Virus record (IMG/VR): IMGVR_UViG_3300012917_000001
Span: 1-43,514 of that record
Reading direction: 5' to 3' (one strand)
Source of the DNA: a virus
Length of the DNA: 43,514 nt
A program made the translations under genes and the position numbers. Positions within the stretch are counted from its first letter, which is position 1, and each line of letters starts with the position of its first letter. This document shows, piece after piece, positions 23,988-33,034 of this stretch. Below the pieces are notes generated by a model. It did not search any database and was not told the DNA's origin. It saw nothing but the letters and a program-made list of their open reading frames with translations.

Positions 23988-24193
23988 TGGAGGCGGTGAC
24001 GAGCTTTAGCGGTTGCCGCAAAGAGCACAAGCCTATACACCAGTGCGTATATTGCGAATATGACCGCCTGCGCAGCGTGTTGTCGAACATAGCTCTTGGC
24101 CGCGTAGGCGAACAGCTTATCATGGATGTCGAACGGTATGCTAACGCGCAGTTGCGCCGGTTCCCTAGCGAGGCAAAAAATGCTGGTGGTTAA
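23987..24193 (+). CDS. Hypothetical protein, 68 aa
   Basis: TAATG-coupled. Contains C...CxxC. Confidence 0.5.
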   Translation: MEAVTSFSGCRKEHKPIHQCVYCEYDRLRSVLSNIALGRVGEQLIMDVERYANAQLRRFPSEAKNAGG

Positions 24194-24473
24194 AGTCGAG
24201 CTGCATCCGTTCGGGGATTCTGCCAAAGCACGAGAAATCGCGTGTATGGTAATAGGAAATGATAGGAGCGGCGATTCTCAGGAAGGCGGTTACCGGGGGC
24301 TCGCGAGCACTGGCCGAGCCACGGCTGCCGTGGAAAGACTTAGAGAGGCTATTTTGGACGAAATGGCAGGCTTATCGGACGGGCCAGTGACGACTAAATG
24401 TACTCATCGCCGGTCGGACCACGTATGGTTCTTGCTCGGACGCATGCTTAAGGCAATGCGTTATGTCACTTGA
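24180..24473 (+). CDS. Hypothetical protein, 97 aa
   Basis: Internal ATG of track ORF 24126..24473, chosen because it overlaps the upstream stop by only 14 nt. Confidence 0.5.
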   Translation: MLVVKVELHPFGDSAKAREIACMVIGNDRSGDSQEGGYRGLASTGRATAAVERLREAILDEMAGLSDGPVTTKCTHRRSDHVWFLLGRMLKAMRYVT

Positions 24474-25689
24474 TGCCCATGTCTTACATGCATGTATAGC
24501 TGACAGGAAAGCATATGAGAGAGTCAAGGATCATATCGACCCCAAAGACTTTACTCCGCCTGTTAAATTCTGGTGGGGAATCGTGGGGGAATACTACGGC
24601 CGCGATAACGGAGCTACCCGAGTCGATGTTGCAGTACTTGGAGAACTTGGAAGTAGGCGGATTACGAATCCCAAGCACCATGACAGCATTATGGGCGTGC
24701 TTAGTAATCCCGATAATGCTAGTAGTCATCCCAACGTGGTTGCTGCTGTCCTTGGCCTTCGCCGCTATAACGCTTCCGCTGAGTTCGCTGCTGCTGCTAT
24801 GGCTGGCGATAGCGACAAAGCTAAGGAACTCCTAAGTGAAGTCAACGACTTGTGGGAGCGCGACACCCTTAGCGGGGCAGAGTCAGAACGACAATACGCC
24901 GTATCAGTGGAGGCTCTCTTTGAGGAGATCGGATCGGAACGTCGAATACCTATATTTCCCTCTGCCCTTAACGAACGAATTGGTGGCGGAGTTATGGCCG
25001 GTCATAATGTCCTTATTTTTGGCCGCACAGAGGTTGGCAAATCCACCTTTGCTATCAACATGGCGGCAGGTCTTGTGCGCAAAGGTCATCGAGTATTGTA
25101 CGTCAGCAATGAGGACGGAGTAAATGCGATCAAAGGACGATTTGTCTGCCGACTCACCGGCAAGCGGTGGATCGACGTGGAAGCTGATAAGCAGTCAGCG
25201 GCACAGACTTTCCGCGAACGGGGAGGCGAGGAGCGTCTACGTCTCGTGCATATGCAACCCGGAACCATTGACTCTATTCGAGCAGATATCGAGGAATTTG
25301 AGCCTGCTTTCGTATTTGTGGACCAGATACGAAACATTACCGGCCCCGAAGCGCCAGATTTAGTCAGACTACAGGCAGCAAATGCAACCCGCTTTCGTAA
25401 CCTTATCAGCAGTACTGGCGTTGTCGGAGTGGGAATCGCTCAGGCTCGCGACGCCAGCGAACGTCATAATCAGGAGCCTCCGGTGTGGCTTAGCACTGGC
25501 GACATTGCCGATAGCCGCGTGGGACTTCCCTCCCAAATGGACCTTATCATCGGAATTGGCGGTAATAGCGATATGCTTAAGCGGAATCAGCGTAGCATAT
25601 CTTTATGTAAAAACAAACTTGCTTCTGACGAGCGTAGCCGAGAGGGCTTCATCGTCGAAGTGGACTTAGCTAGGAGTGGAGTAAAATGA
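24463..25689 (+). CDS. DnaB-like replicative helicase, 408 aa
   Basis: Walker A GRTEVGKST and Walker B FVFVDQIRN, with a RecA-fold C-terminal half and a DnaB-like N-terminal region. Confidence 0.85.
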   Translation: MSLDAHVLHACIADRKAYERVKDHIDPKDFTPPVKFWWGIVGEYYGRDNGATRVDVAVLGELGSRRITNPKHHDSIMGVLSNPDNASSHPNVVAAVLGLRRYNASAEFAAAAMAGDSDKAKELLSEVNDLWERDTLSGAESERQYAVSVEALFEEIGSERRIPIFPSALNERIGGGVMAGHNVLIFGRTEVGKSTFAINMAAGLVRKGHRVLYVSNEDGVNAIKGRFVCRLTGKRWIDVEADKQSAAQTFRERGGEERLRLVHMQPGTIDSIRADIEEFEPAFVFVDQIRNITGPEAPDLVRLQAANATRFRNLISSTGVVGVGIAQARDASERHNQEPPVWLSTGDIADSRVGLPSQMDLIIGIGGNSDMLKRNQRSISLCKNKLASDERSREGFIVEVDLARSGVK

Positions 25690-25847
25690 GCGCAGTATCA
25701 CTTGCTTTTTGGGGAACACTTGTAGTCGTTAATAGTATGGCGCTTTCCTTTAATGTTACACATAGTCTATTCGTAGAGACAATATTTTCTACGATTGGGC
25801 TATTTGGCAGCTTTTGCTTCTTACTGATTAAAGCGGGGCAGGCATGA
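25686..25847 (+). CDS. Two-TM micro-membrane protein, 53 aa (below the track cut-off)
   Basis: Hand-translated as MSAVSLAFWGTLVVVNSMALSF...FGSFCFLLIKAGQA. ATGA overlaps at both ends. Confidence 0.55.
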   Translation: MSAVSLAFWGTLVVVNSMALSFNVTHSLFVETIFSTIGLFGSFCFLLIKAGQA

Positions 25848-26065
25848 ATATTGCACAAGCATTAGCAATCGTAAACGATTGCGCCCGTATCAGGAAGCTA
25901 GCCGGCCAGTTGGCGATGTATCCGTATAGCACGGATCAGCTTGCGGAAGCCGCCCTTATGATCCACGATACGATGGCCGCAGAGCGCAATCTTGCTCTAG
26001 ATCAGCTATCTGTTGTGAAGAAACAACTGAGCATGGCAAATGCCCGCGCAGCAAAAAATGGCTAA
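25844..26065 (+). CDS. Hypothetical helical protein, 73 aa
   Basis: Track ORF, ATGA-coupled. Confidence 0.6.
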   Translation: MNIAQALAIVNDCARIRKLAGQLAMYPYSTDQLAEAALMIHDTMAAERNLALDQLSVVKKQLSMANARAAKNG

Positions 26066-26222
26066 GAAACATTGGGAGACGCCATGCCTCGCCCGCGACG
26101 ACAAGCAGCATTGCGAGTGCTGGTATGACGGACTCGCTTGTTGTGCCTGCGGAGACCCCCCCGCAGATGCAGATACCGAAGTGGCTAAGCGCGCCATCGT
26201 CCGACATCTATCTAAGGGATGA
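26058..26222 (+). CDS. Possible Cys-rich micro-protein, 54 aa, overlapping the polymerase 5' end
   Basis: Starts in ATGGCTAA, which contains the upstream stop. Contains HCECWYDGLACCACG. Overlaps the pol ORF by ~98 nt, so it may be spurious. Confidence 0.3.
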   Translation: MAKKHWETPCLARDDKQHCECWYDGLACCACGDPPADADTEVAKRAIVRHLSKG

Positions 26223-28101
26223 CTACCTTGTTCTCGATTTTGAGTGTGTGGCTGGAGATGGTCGTTACGGCAGTCCTGTTGATCCCCGTAGCCAGCTTCA
26301 TCTGGCTTGCTGGACATGGCAGGGTAGACGACGCTATTGCTTCGGCGGCGAACTGGAGCAGCGCGCACTGGTGGAAGCCATCCATAAGGCGTCCTTTCTT
26401 GTCGGTCACAATATCAAGTATGAGCTTGGCTGGTTACGGCGTATGGGCGTCGATATTAGCAAACTACTGGTATTCGATACCCAGCTTGGTGAGTATGTTC
26501 TGCTTGGCAACCTTGCTTCTGGGGACAGTAAGCGCGGCCTTCGACCTCGCTCTATCAGCTTGGATGCTTGCTGTATACGCCGCGGTTGGGGCAGGAAAGA
26601 TCCGGTAATCAATCTATGGATGAAGCACGGAATAACGGTAGATCAGATGCCGCAGCTATGGGTGCTGCGCAGATGCCAGCGCGATGTGGCGGATACGGAG
26701 AGGTTGTTTTTCTCTCAGCGCTCTGCGCTTGCAGCTACCAACCGGCTGCCTGTCCAATACACACGATGCTTATTGACGCCAGTACTGGCCGATATCGAAG
26801 CACAGGGGATGCATCTTGACAAAGAAAGGGTTACGAAAGCGTGGACCGAGTACAAAACACGGTTCAATACACTTGAGCAAGCGATGTCTGAGTTTACTGG
26901 GGGCATCAATTGGCGCTCGACGGATCAAGCCGCTGCCTTCATCTACGATACTCTCGGCTTTGGGGAACTTGCGGGCCGCAGTGGGAAACCTAAAAGGACT
27001 CCAACTGGAAAACGCTCCGCTAGCACAAAGACGCTTGATAAGCTCGTGGCTAGGACTGATCGCCAGCGAGCTTTCCTCGTTCTCCGTAGAGATTTGGGCA
27101 AAGTCAACGCTGCATTAACCAAGAACCTTAACTATTTCAAGGCTATAGTAGATGACCCGGCAAACGGATGTGTATTCTTCGCCGAGCTTAATCAGACTCG
27201 CACGGCGACGCATAGACTCAGCAGTACTGGTATTCCTTGTGCTGCTGGCTCTGTGCAGTTTCAGAATCTCCCGCGTGCTTTTAAGAAGCTGTTTTCGCCG
27301 CGGCGACCGGGCTGGGTTATCGCCGAAGCAGATTCTGCGCAATTGGAGTTCCGTGTCGCTGGGTTTCTGGGAAATGATGCGCAAGCTAAGCATGACATCG
27401 CCGACATAGAGTGGGATGCACATGTCACGAGTGCTGCTGCCATGGCAGGATGCAGATACGGAGAGCTATATGCCGCCTACAAAGGCGGAGACGAGGGAGC
27501 GGCGGAAAAGCGTCAGGCTGCGAAGCCTGAGACATTCAAGCCCCTATACGGAGGGCAGAGAGGAACACCGGAGCAAGAGCGCTGGTACGCGGAGTTTCGT
27601 AAGAGATACCCCGGAATAAATGCAGAGCAAGAGAGCTGGAAGCATGAAGTTATCACAAGCCGAGATAGATGCCTTATCACGCCTTGGGGGCTGCGGTTCT
27701 ACTTCCCACATGCGCGAATGGCTGAAAGTGGTTATGTCAATGTCACCGCGAGTATATATAACTACCCTGTTCAATGTTTGGCTACTGCTGAAATTATACC
27801 AATTGCTCTGGCGTTTCTATGGCACAGAATTAAAGCTGCTGGCTATGAGGAACGAATCAGACTCGTTAACACCGTCCACGACTCTGTTGCCGCAGAACTT
27901 GATGAGGAACTTGCCCCGTGGTTTGAGCAGGCATGCATTGAAGCTTTTACAATGGACGTATATATCTACCTTAGACAAGTCTATAAATTGAAATTCGATC
28001 TGCCCCTCGGGGCGGGCATTAAAGTGGGGATGCACCTAAGCGAAGGCAAAGAAAGGGCCATCGACGTGTACCCCGACGGCAGACAAGTGAAACGTAAATA
28101 G
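26125..28101 (+). CDS. Family-A DNA polymerase with 3'-5' exonuclease domain, 658 aa
   Basis: Exo I LVLDFE, Exo II GHNIKYELGWL, motif A ADSAQLEFRV, motif B RQAAKPETFKPLYG and motif C NTVHDSV. Confidence 0.9.
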   Translation: MTDSLVVPAETPPQMQIPKWLSAPSSDIYLRDDYLVLDFECVAGDGRYGSPVDPRSQLHLACWTWQGRRRYCFGGELEQRALVEAIHKASFLVGHNIKYELGWLRRMGVDISKLLVFDTQLGEYVLLGNLASGDSKRGLRPRSISLDACCIRRGWGRKDPVINLWMKHGITVDQMPQLWVLRRCQRDVADTERLFFSQRSALAATNRLPVQYTRCLLTPVLADIEAQGMHLDKERVTKAWTEYKTRFNTLEQAMSEFTGGINWRSTDQAAAFIYDTLGFGELAGRSGKPKRTPTGKRSASTKTLDKLVARTDRQRAFLVLRRDLGKVNAALTKNLNYFKAIVDDPANGCVFFAELNQTRTATHRLSSTGIPCAAGSVQFQNLPRAFKKLFSPRRPGWVIAEADSAQLEFRVAGFLGNDAQAKHDIADIEWDAHVTSAAAMAGCRYGELYAAYKGGDEGAAEKRQAAKPETFKPLYGGQRGTPEQERWYAEFRKRYPGINAEQESWKHEVITSRDRCLITPWGLRFYFPHARMAESGYVNVTASIYNYPVQCLATAEIIPIALAFLWHRIKAAGYEERIRLVNTVHDSVAAELDEELAPWFEQACIEAFTMDVYIYLRQVYKLKFDLPLGAGIKVGMHLSEGKERAIDVYPDGRQVKRK

Positions 28102-28110
28102 GAGAGACAC

Positions 28111-28323
28111 ATGACTATGGCACAGACGACAGTTGTTCTTGAGTTGACCACTAAAGAGGCGGAGTTCTTGGCGTCATTTCTTCTGCAGGGCGTTGAGTGG
28201 GCGCACGAGGCTGGTGATATTGCCGAAGGTATCTATAACGCGCTCGCAGACGATGCTGGTGTAAAGGAAGGCGATTTTGAGTTCAGCGTCAGAGGTCACT
28301 GGCTGCGGGCAGAGGCTGCCTAA
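28111..28323 (+). CDS. Acidic hypothetical protein, 70 aa
   Basis: SD AGGAGAG, and TAATG-coupled downstream. Confidence 0.6.
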   Translation: MTMAQTTVVLELTTKEAEFLASFLLQGVEWAHEAGDIAEGIYNALADDAGVKEGDFEFSVRGHWLRAEAA

Positions 28324-28973
28324 TGGCTCTCAAGACCTTTACCGGCGATATTGCGGTCCTTATTGCAAAGAAGGTAGATGGCCGCAACGGTCCCATTACT
28401 GCGTACTCCGCTAAGATCACCAAGCCTAGTGGTGAGGAGTACGCCGAGTGGGTTGGCTTCGGGTTCAAGAAGCCGATTTGTGAGAAAGGCGATAATGTTA
28501 AGATCGCCGCTAAGCAGGAGAATGGCTATTGGAAAGCAGTGGACGTGGAAATAACGGCGAAGGGGGAGGATCAGGAAGCTGGGGAGCCGGAGCAGGCGGA
28601 GCCGGTCTCTGGAGCCAGTGGTTCCAAGGCCAGCGCCGCCTCATCGGCCCCAGCGGTGTCGTCGTCCTCGTCGAAAAAGACGACAGTGGACCAGCGGATA
28701 GGATATCAGAACAGCCGGACAGCAGCCTTACAGTTAGCCGGTCTTCTGCTGGCGAACAAGGCAGTCCCTCTCGTAGCAACGGCAGGAAAGGCCGGGGACG
28801 CAAAGCGCTTCGAGGAAGTGACGGCGCTGGTGGACAAGCTGACAGTAAAGCTGTTCCATGACCTTGAGACATTCCGCTTGATTGCTGACGTTGAGGATGC
28901 CTATGAGGCTCCGGGATCGGCGGAATCGCCGACGGGTGACTTCGATGGCGAGGAAGATCCTGATGTCGAGTGA
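28323..28973 (+). CDS. Putative ssDNA-binding protein, 216 aa
   Basis: Compact N-terminal domain, a Ser/Ala/Glu low-complexity linker and an acidic C-terminal tail DFDGEEDPDVE, as in T7 gp2.5-type SSBs. Lies next to the polymerase. Confidence 0.45.
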   Translation: MALKTFTGDIAVLIAKKVDGRNGPITAYSAKITKPSGEEYAEWVGFGFKKPICEKGDNVKIAAKQENGYWKAVDVEITAKGEDQEAGEPEQAEPVSGASGSKASAASSAPAVSSSSSKKTTVDQRIGYQNSRTAALQLAGLLLANKAVPLVATAGKAGDAKRFEEVTALVDKLTVKLFHDLETFRLIADVEDAYEAPGSAESPTGDFDGEEDPDVE

Positions 28974-29220
28974 TAAAGTACTAGCCGAAACGGCGATGTA
29001 CGTCATACGGACCGAAACAGTCAAGTCTAACATAACGCTTACAGGTACGGATGAACTGTATACGATTGTGAACAAAGAGACTGGCGTAGTGGAGGGCAGG
29101 GCCGGAAACCTGCCCGACGCTCTCGGGTACATGCACAATGTTCAGTTGGGCTATGACAATATCACTAAGCAAGCGACACAAATACCTATTGTGCCGGGCG
29201 ATACGCAGGGATACGACTAA
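28963..29220 (+). CDS. Hypothetical protein, 85 aa
   Basis: Internal ATG of the track ORF, overlapping the upstream stop by 11 nt. Confidence 0.55.
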   Translation: MSSDKVLAETAMYVIRTETVKSNITLTGTDELYTIVNKETGVVEGRAGNLPDALGYMHNVQLGYDNITKQATQIPIVPGDTQGYD

Positions 29221-29619
29221 ATGAAGGTACTTGTAGAGAATCCTCCTAATTTCGAGCAGATTGTGGCGGTCTTCCCTGAAGCCGCGGGCAAGGTGCTGTT
29301 TGCTTGGGGGGATACCATCTACAATCCACAGCGCATCTATATCCCCAACTACTTGTTAGCGCACGAGGCCGTACATGGCATGCGCCAGCTAGGACTTGGT
29401 GGTATAGAAGCGTGGTGGGATAAGTACCTGATTGATGAGGAGTTTCGCTATTTGGAGGAACTGGCCGCGCACAGGGTAGAATACGCCGTTCAGGCTCAAT
29501 CCTTGGGCGACCGGAATGCTAGGGCAAAGCTGCTGATGGCTACTGCAGCACGGCTCGTTGCTCCGCTTTATCACTGCAAGAAGCCGCTTCTGGCGGCTCA
29601 GAAGGATTTGCTGTCGTGA
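29221..29619 (+). CDS. Small HExxH protein (putative Zn-metallopeptidase-like), 132 aa
   Basis: LLAHEAVHGM motif. The ATG abuts the upstream stop. Confidence 0.5.
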   Translation: MKVLVENPPNFEQIVAVFPEAAGKVLFAWGDTIYNPQRIYIPNYLLAHEAVHGMRQLGLGGIEAWWDKYLIDEEFRYLEELAAHRVEYAVQAQSLGDRNARAKLLMATAARLVAPLYHCKKPLLAAQKDLLS

Positions 29620-29786
29620 CGTATTGCTGCACACAATTCGGCACTGCTGTCAGTAGCGGCCTAATTGAGCGCAAAGTAGATTGTTCGCCAGCAGCAGATT
29701 GGATAATCTGGATGTTTGGGGAATACCGCGCATCGGATAGTTGGCGCTACGTCAATTATTGCCCATTTTGTGGAGAACCTACATGA
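29616..29786 (+). CDS. Cys-rich micro-protein, 56 aa (below the track cut-off)
   Basis: GTGA overlap at the start and ATGA overlap at the end. Sequence (M)TYCCTQFG...VDCSP...YVNYCPFCGEPT. Confidence 0.5.
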   Translation: MTYCCTQFGTAVSSGLIERKVDCSPAADWIIWMFGEYRASDSWRYVNYCPFCGEPT

Positions 29787-29923
29787 ACGACGCAGAGTTC
29801 TTGCGCTACCTCGCGCAGAATGACTACATGATCGACCAGTACTATCTGCCGGATGGCGAGCGATTGCTTCAAATTGCAGACAATCTAGATGAAGCCTTCC
29901 TTTTGGCAGTTTTGCCTTGCTAG
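29783..29923 (+). CDS. Hypothetical micro-protein, 46 aa
   Basis: ATGA-coupled internal start of track ORF 29741..29923. Confidence 0.45.
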   Translation: MNDAEFLRYLAQNDYMIDQYYLPDGERLLQIADNLDEAFLLAVLPC

Positions 29924-31062
29924 TCCTTATTGACGCAGACCCAATAGTTTATAGATGCGGCTTCGCCGCGGAGAAGACTAGCTGGCACATAATCTACTCT
30001 ACGCCTACGTCAGAGGCAGAGGAGATTCTGTTCTCGTCAGACGAGAATGGCACTGCTGGCTACTATATGAAGGAATGGACAAAGTTCAACGAAGGCAAAG
30101 TTACAATACTCGATAAGAGCCGTAAGATCATTCCTGATCCTCTGAGTTATGCTCTACGAGCTGTCAAGGTGCAGGTAGAGAGCATCATGGAGGAATGTGA
30201 AGTCCATCACAAAGAGTCCGGCAAGATGCTGATGTATCTGTCCGGTCGCGGCGGCAGCTTTCGCGATAAGATCGCCAAAGTGCGCCCCTATAAGGGCAAC
30301 CGCGATCCGACTCATAAACCGTACCACTACGATGCTATACGAGACTACCTGCGGGCGCAATACGGCTCGCTGATGACCAGCGGCATCGAAGCAGATGATG
30401 CCGTATCAATCTTTGCTCACAATCACTACGAAAGGGGGACGCCTGAGCGTTTAGTTATAGCGACTATCGACAAGGATCTTGACCAGATTCCCGGTCACCA
30501 CTACAACTATATGCACAAGGTACATTATGCCATCACGCCAGCCGAGGCCGAACGCTTCTTCGTCTACCAGATCCTTGCCGGAGATCCGACCGATAACGTC
30601 ATCGGGGTCTGGAGGTGTGGAGAGACAGCAGCTAACAAGATTGCAAGCCAATTCAGTTATCATAGACGAATACTCTCAGATGCCGAACTTGCGGCCGGGA
30701 GCAATCTACTGCATTCCGGGGCCGCCAAGCCAGAACAGCATGTTTCGACAGCAAATCGAGCGGATGTCGCAACAGCAGAGCAATTGGCACAGTCAGAATT
30801 TCGACCAGATGATGCAGAATCGGCTAATACTCAACCCTCGTATGGAAATACCAACGTTCGAGCCCCTAGTTGGTGGCCTACAGTCATCGCGGAGTACGCG
30901 GCTTCCCGACGCAAGGCCGGGTGTCCATATGCGCAGGATAACCCTGAAACCATTGCCGTAGAAATGGCGCAATTACTTAAATTGCAGGAGTATCCGGGGA
31001 TGCTCTGGCATCCATACGGAAATCTAGTTGTTGAAGGTTTTGGACAGGAGGACTTTGACTAA
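29917..31062 (+). CDS. 5'-3' exonuclease / flap endonuclease (T7 gp6 / Pol I N-terminal type) with a ~140-aa C-terminal extension, 381 aa
   Basis: LIDADPIVYR, GIEADDAVS, ATIDKDLDQIPG and H3TH-like GDPTDNVIGVWRCGETAANKI. Confidence 0.8.
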   Translation: MLVLIDADPIVYRCGFAAEKTSWHIIYSTPTSEAEEILFSSDENGTAGYYMKEWTKFNEGKVTILDKSRKIIPDPLSYALRAVKVQVESIMEECEVHHKESGKMLMYLSGRGGSFRDKIAKVRPYKGNRDPTHKPYHYDAIRDYLRAQYGSLMTSGIEADDAVSIFAHNHYERGTPERLVIATIDKDLDQIPGHHYNYMHKVHYAITPAEAERFFVYQILAGDPTDNVIGVWRCGETAANKIASQFSYHRRILSDAELAAGSNLLHSGAAKPEQHVSTANRADVATAEQLAQSEFRPDDAESANTQPSYGNTNVRAPSWWPTVIAEYAASRRKAGCPYAQDNPETIAVEMAQLLKLQEYPGMLWHPYGNLVVEGFGQEDFD

Positions 31063-31310
31063 TGCCCTACATTAAGCAAGACGATAGAGATGCTCTGGAA
31101 ACAGGTGCCCCGATAGAAACTGTCGGCGAACTAAACTATACGCTGACGATGGTTCTTAAGACATATATGCTTGAGCACGGTCTTAGCTACGCAGTCATCA
31201 ATGACATTATCGGCGCCCTAGAGGGAGCCAAGTTGGAGTTCTACAGACGCGTAGTTGTGCCCTACGAGAACGCCAAGATGGCGGAGAATGGTGACGTATA
31301 TGGAGACTAG
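31062..31310 (+). CDS. Conserved-looking hypothetical protein, 82 aa
   Basis: MPYIKQDDR...GELNYTLT...IIGALEGAKLEFYRRVVVPYENAKMAENGDVY looks like a widespread small phage protein family that I cannot name. Confidence 0.6.
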   Translation: MPYIKQDDRDALETGAPIETVGELNYTLTMVLKTYMLEHGLSYAVINDIIGALEGAKLEFYRRVVVPYENAKMAENGDVYGD

Positions 31311-31950
31311 CAATGACTTCATCTATACTCAAGTCGGAAAATTTGTCATCGACGAGCCCGAGTTTCGTCCTGAAGCCATATCGCATAGTCTATCACAGAT
31401 GCCTAGATGGACAGGACACACTGATCGTAACGTCACATGTGCGGAGCACGCATGTTTTGTTGCGGGTATTATGGCCGTATCTGGACAAGGCAATCCCCTC
31501 GAAGGTCTCCTCGCAGATGCGCCCGACGCTTACATGGGACATCTGGCCCGGCCGTGGCGAAAGAAGTTCCCTGATTACGTCGCGGCTTGGACTAAGCTGG
31601 ATCGAGCCATCCGAGCTAAATGGAATCTCCCGCTCGATAAGACGGCAGATTGCACACGAGCAGACCAATTGGCGCTCCTCGTCGAAGCATATCTGTGCTT
31701 CCCAGATCACGGATTTGATATCCCTGATGTACTCGGTCTCAGAGCCGAGGCCATTTCACTCGTCAAGTCTAAGTGGCGCCTTCATGGAATTACTCAACAA
31801 TTTCCGTGGCAATTTTGGGATCACCTATGGATGAAAGCCTACCATGAGTACGGACCGCAAATCGTGGCGGCTACTAGCAGCAACCCGGAGGTTGCAATCG
31901 CGCAAGCACCTTTGGTTACGGAGTCTAAAGGTACGCTGCTTAGATTGTAA
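31300..31950 (+). CDS. HD-superfamily (YfbR-like 5'-nucleotidase-like) protein with a degenerate HD dyad, 216 aa
   Basis: RWTGHTDRNVTCAEHA parallels RW...NVAEHS. LLADAPDAYMGH stands where LLHDAxEAxTGD is expected. Confidence 0.5.
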   Translation: METSNDFIYTQVGKFVIDEPEFRPEAISHSLSQMPRWTGHTDRNVTCAEHACFVAGIMAVSGQGNPLEGLLADAPDAYMGHLARPWRKKFPDYVAAWTKLDRAIRAKWNLPLDKTADCTRADQLALLVEAYLCFPDHGFDIPDVLGLRAEAISLVKSKWRLHGITQQFPWQFWDHLWMKAYHEYGPQIVAATSSNPEVAIAQAPLVTESKGTLLRL

Positions 31951-32218
31951 GCAGGTATTTCCTGATTATGTATTAGAATTCGATCACTGCCGAGGAATTA
32001 AGGGAGGTAATCTTGTCGCGTTCGCCTGTAGCGCCGGCTGGTCCGCGCTTAAAGAAGAAGTTGAAAAGTGCGATGTTGTCTGCGCCAACTGTCACAAAAT
32101 CCGCACCTACACTCGGGGGAGTTTTAGGAAGGCGCGTAGGAACGAAGAGGCGCGATATGCGCTGGCAGACGCCGGACGGAGCGATGTGGGACAGCAAGTT
32201 CGAGGCACAGGTTTATGA
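31844..32218 (+). CDS. HNH endonuclease, up to 124 aa
   Basis: CLDC...EFDHCRGIKGGN...CANCHKIRTY. The ORF overlaps both neighbouring genes out of frame. Confidence 0.7.
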   Translation: MSTDRKSWRLLAATRRLQSRKHLWLRSLKVRCLDCKQVFPDYVLEFDHCRGIKGGNLVAFACSAGWSALKEEVEKCDVVCANCHKIRTYTRGSFRKARRNEEARYALADAGRSDVGQQVRGTGL

Positions 32219-32639
32219 AAGTATATACCGCTCAGGTCAATGCGAAATCCGTCGAACCGTTAAAGGACGACCCGAAGGTGATACGTTTGTTTATTCCTTG
32301 CCGGTTCGGAATGCTACCTGTGACTCTTGCGAGTCTACTGAGATTAGTCAACGACGGGAGTTTACGCCGGATTTATATTCTGCTTACGCATACCGTGGAA
32401 ATGAACGCACTTACAGCCATGCAGGATTTTACATTGAGAGCAAAGGGTATATTAGGGCTGACCAACGTGCGCTTCTCCGTGCGTTCTGTAAAGCGCGGCC
32501 GGACATTGATGTCCGCTTCGTACTCCAAAGGGATTGGAAACTTGGTTCCGGTACTGCCGCAAGTTGGATAGAGAAATATCTTAAGAGACCTGTTTGTGTG
32601 TGGAAAGGCCGGCTGCCCGAGGAGTGGTTACATGGTTAA
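32157..32639 (+). CDS. T7 endonuclease-I-like Holliday-junction resolvase, 160 aa
   Basis: FTPDL...YIESKG...DIDVRFVL...LPEEWL parallels T7 gp3 YTPDF...FVETKG...DIRIVF...IPAEWI (from memory). PD-(D/E)xK core present. Confidence 0.8.
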   Translation: MRWQTPDGAMWDSKFEAQVYESIYRSGQCEIRRTVKGRPEGDTFVYSLPVRNATCDSCESTEISQRREFTPDLYSAYAYRGNERTYSHAGFYIESKGYIRADQRALLRAFCKARPDIDVRFVLQRDWKLGSGTAASWIEKYLKRPVCVWKGRLPEEWLHG

Positions 32640-32784
32640 ACGATATGAAACAGAGAGTTACGATGAGGAACATGAGGCATGGGTGCTAGAGACCAGCCGC
32701 ACGTCCGAGAAGGTAGCAGAGGAAGACGTAGCGCTTCTCAAGAGCCTTGGCAAGAAAGCTAGGCTTGTAGGAGATTCCGATTAA
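32632..32784 (+). CDS. Acidic micro-protein, 50 aa
   Basis: Starts in ATGGTTAA, which contains the upstream stop. Confidence 0.5.
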   Translation: MVKRYETESYDEEHEAWVLETSRTSEKVAEEDVALLKSLGKKARLVGDSD

Positions 32785-32815
32785 CCTTAAACTAGCCAAG
32801 AAGATCCGGCAGGGC

Positions 32816-33034
32816 ATGCGCGAAATGGCACAAGTCTCTACCGGAGGGGCTATCTCCGCTACCTACCCTGATGACTACGAGGCAGAGATTCAGCGCAATC
32901 ACAAGGGCGAGCAATACGCCAAAGAGGTAGGAGAAGGTGAGGATAAGCAACTGGTGCCGACTAGGTTCGCTCTGCGCCTCAAGCTGATATCCGCCCGACA
33001 GGTCTACAAACGAGCAAAGAGGATGGTAGCATGA
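32816..33034 (+). CDS. Hypothetical protein, 72 aa
   Basis: Track ORF, ATGA-coupled downstream. Confidence 0.55.
   Translation: MREMAQVSTGGAISATYPDDYEAEIQRNHKGEQYAKEVGEGEDKQLVPTRFALRLKLISARQVYKRAKRMVA

Noticed and set aside
30479-30961. 160-aa alternative frame inside the exonuclease gene (also 31313..31834 inside the HD-like gene and 32215..32571 inside the resolvase gene)
   Set aside because: The main frames carry the diagnostic FEN, HD and PD-(D/E)xK motifs and are continuous. The alternative frames lack starts with SD.
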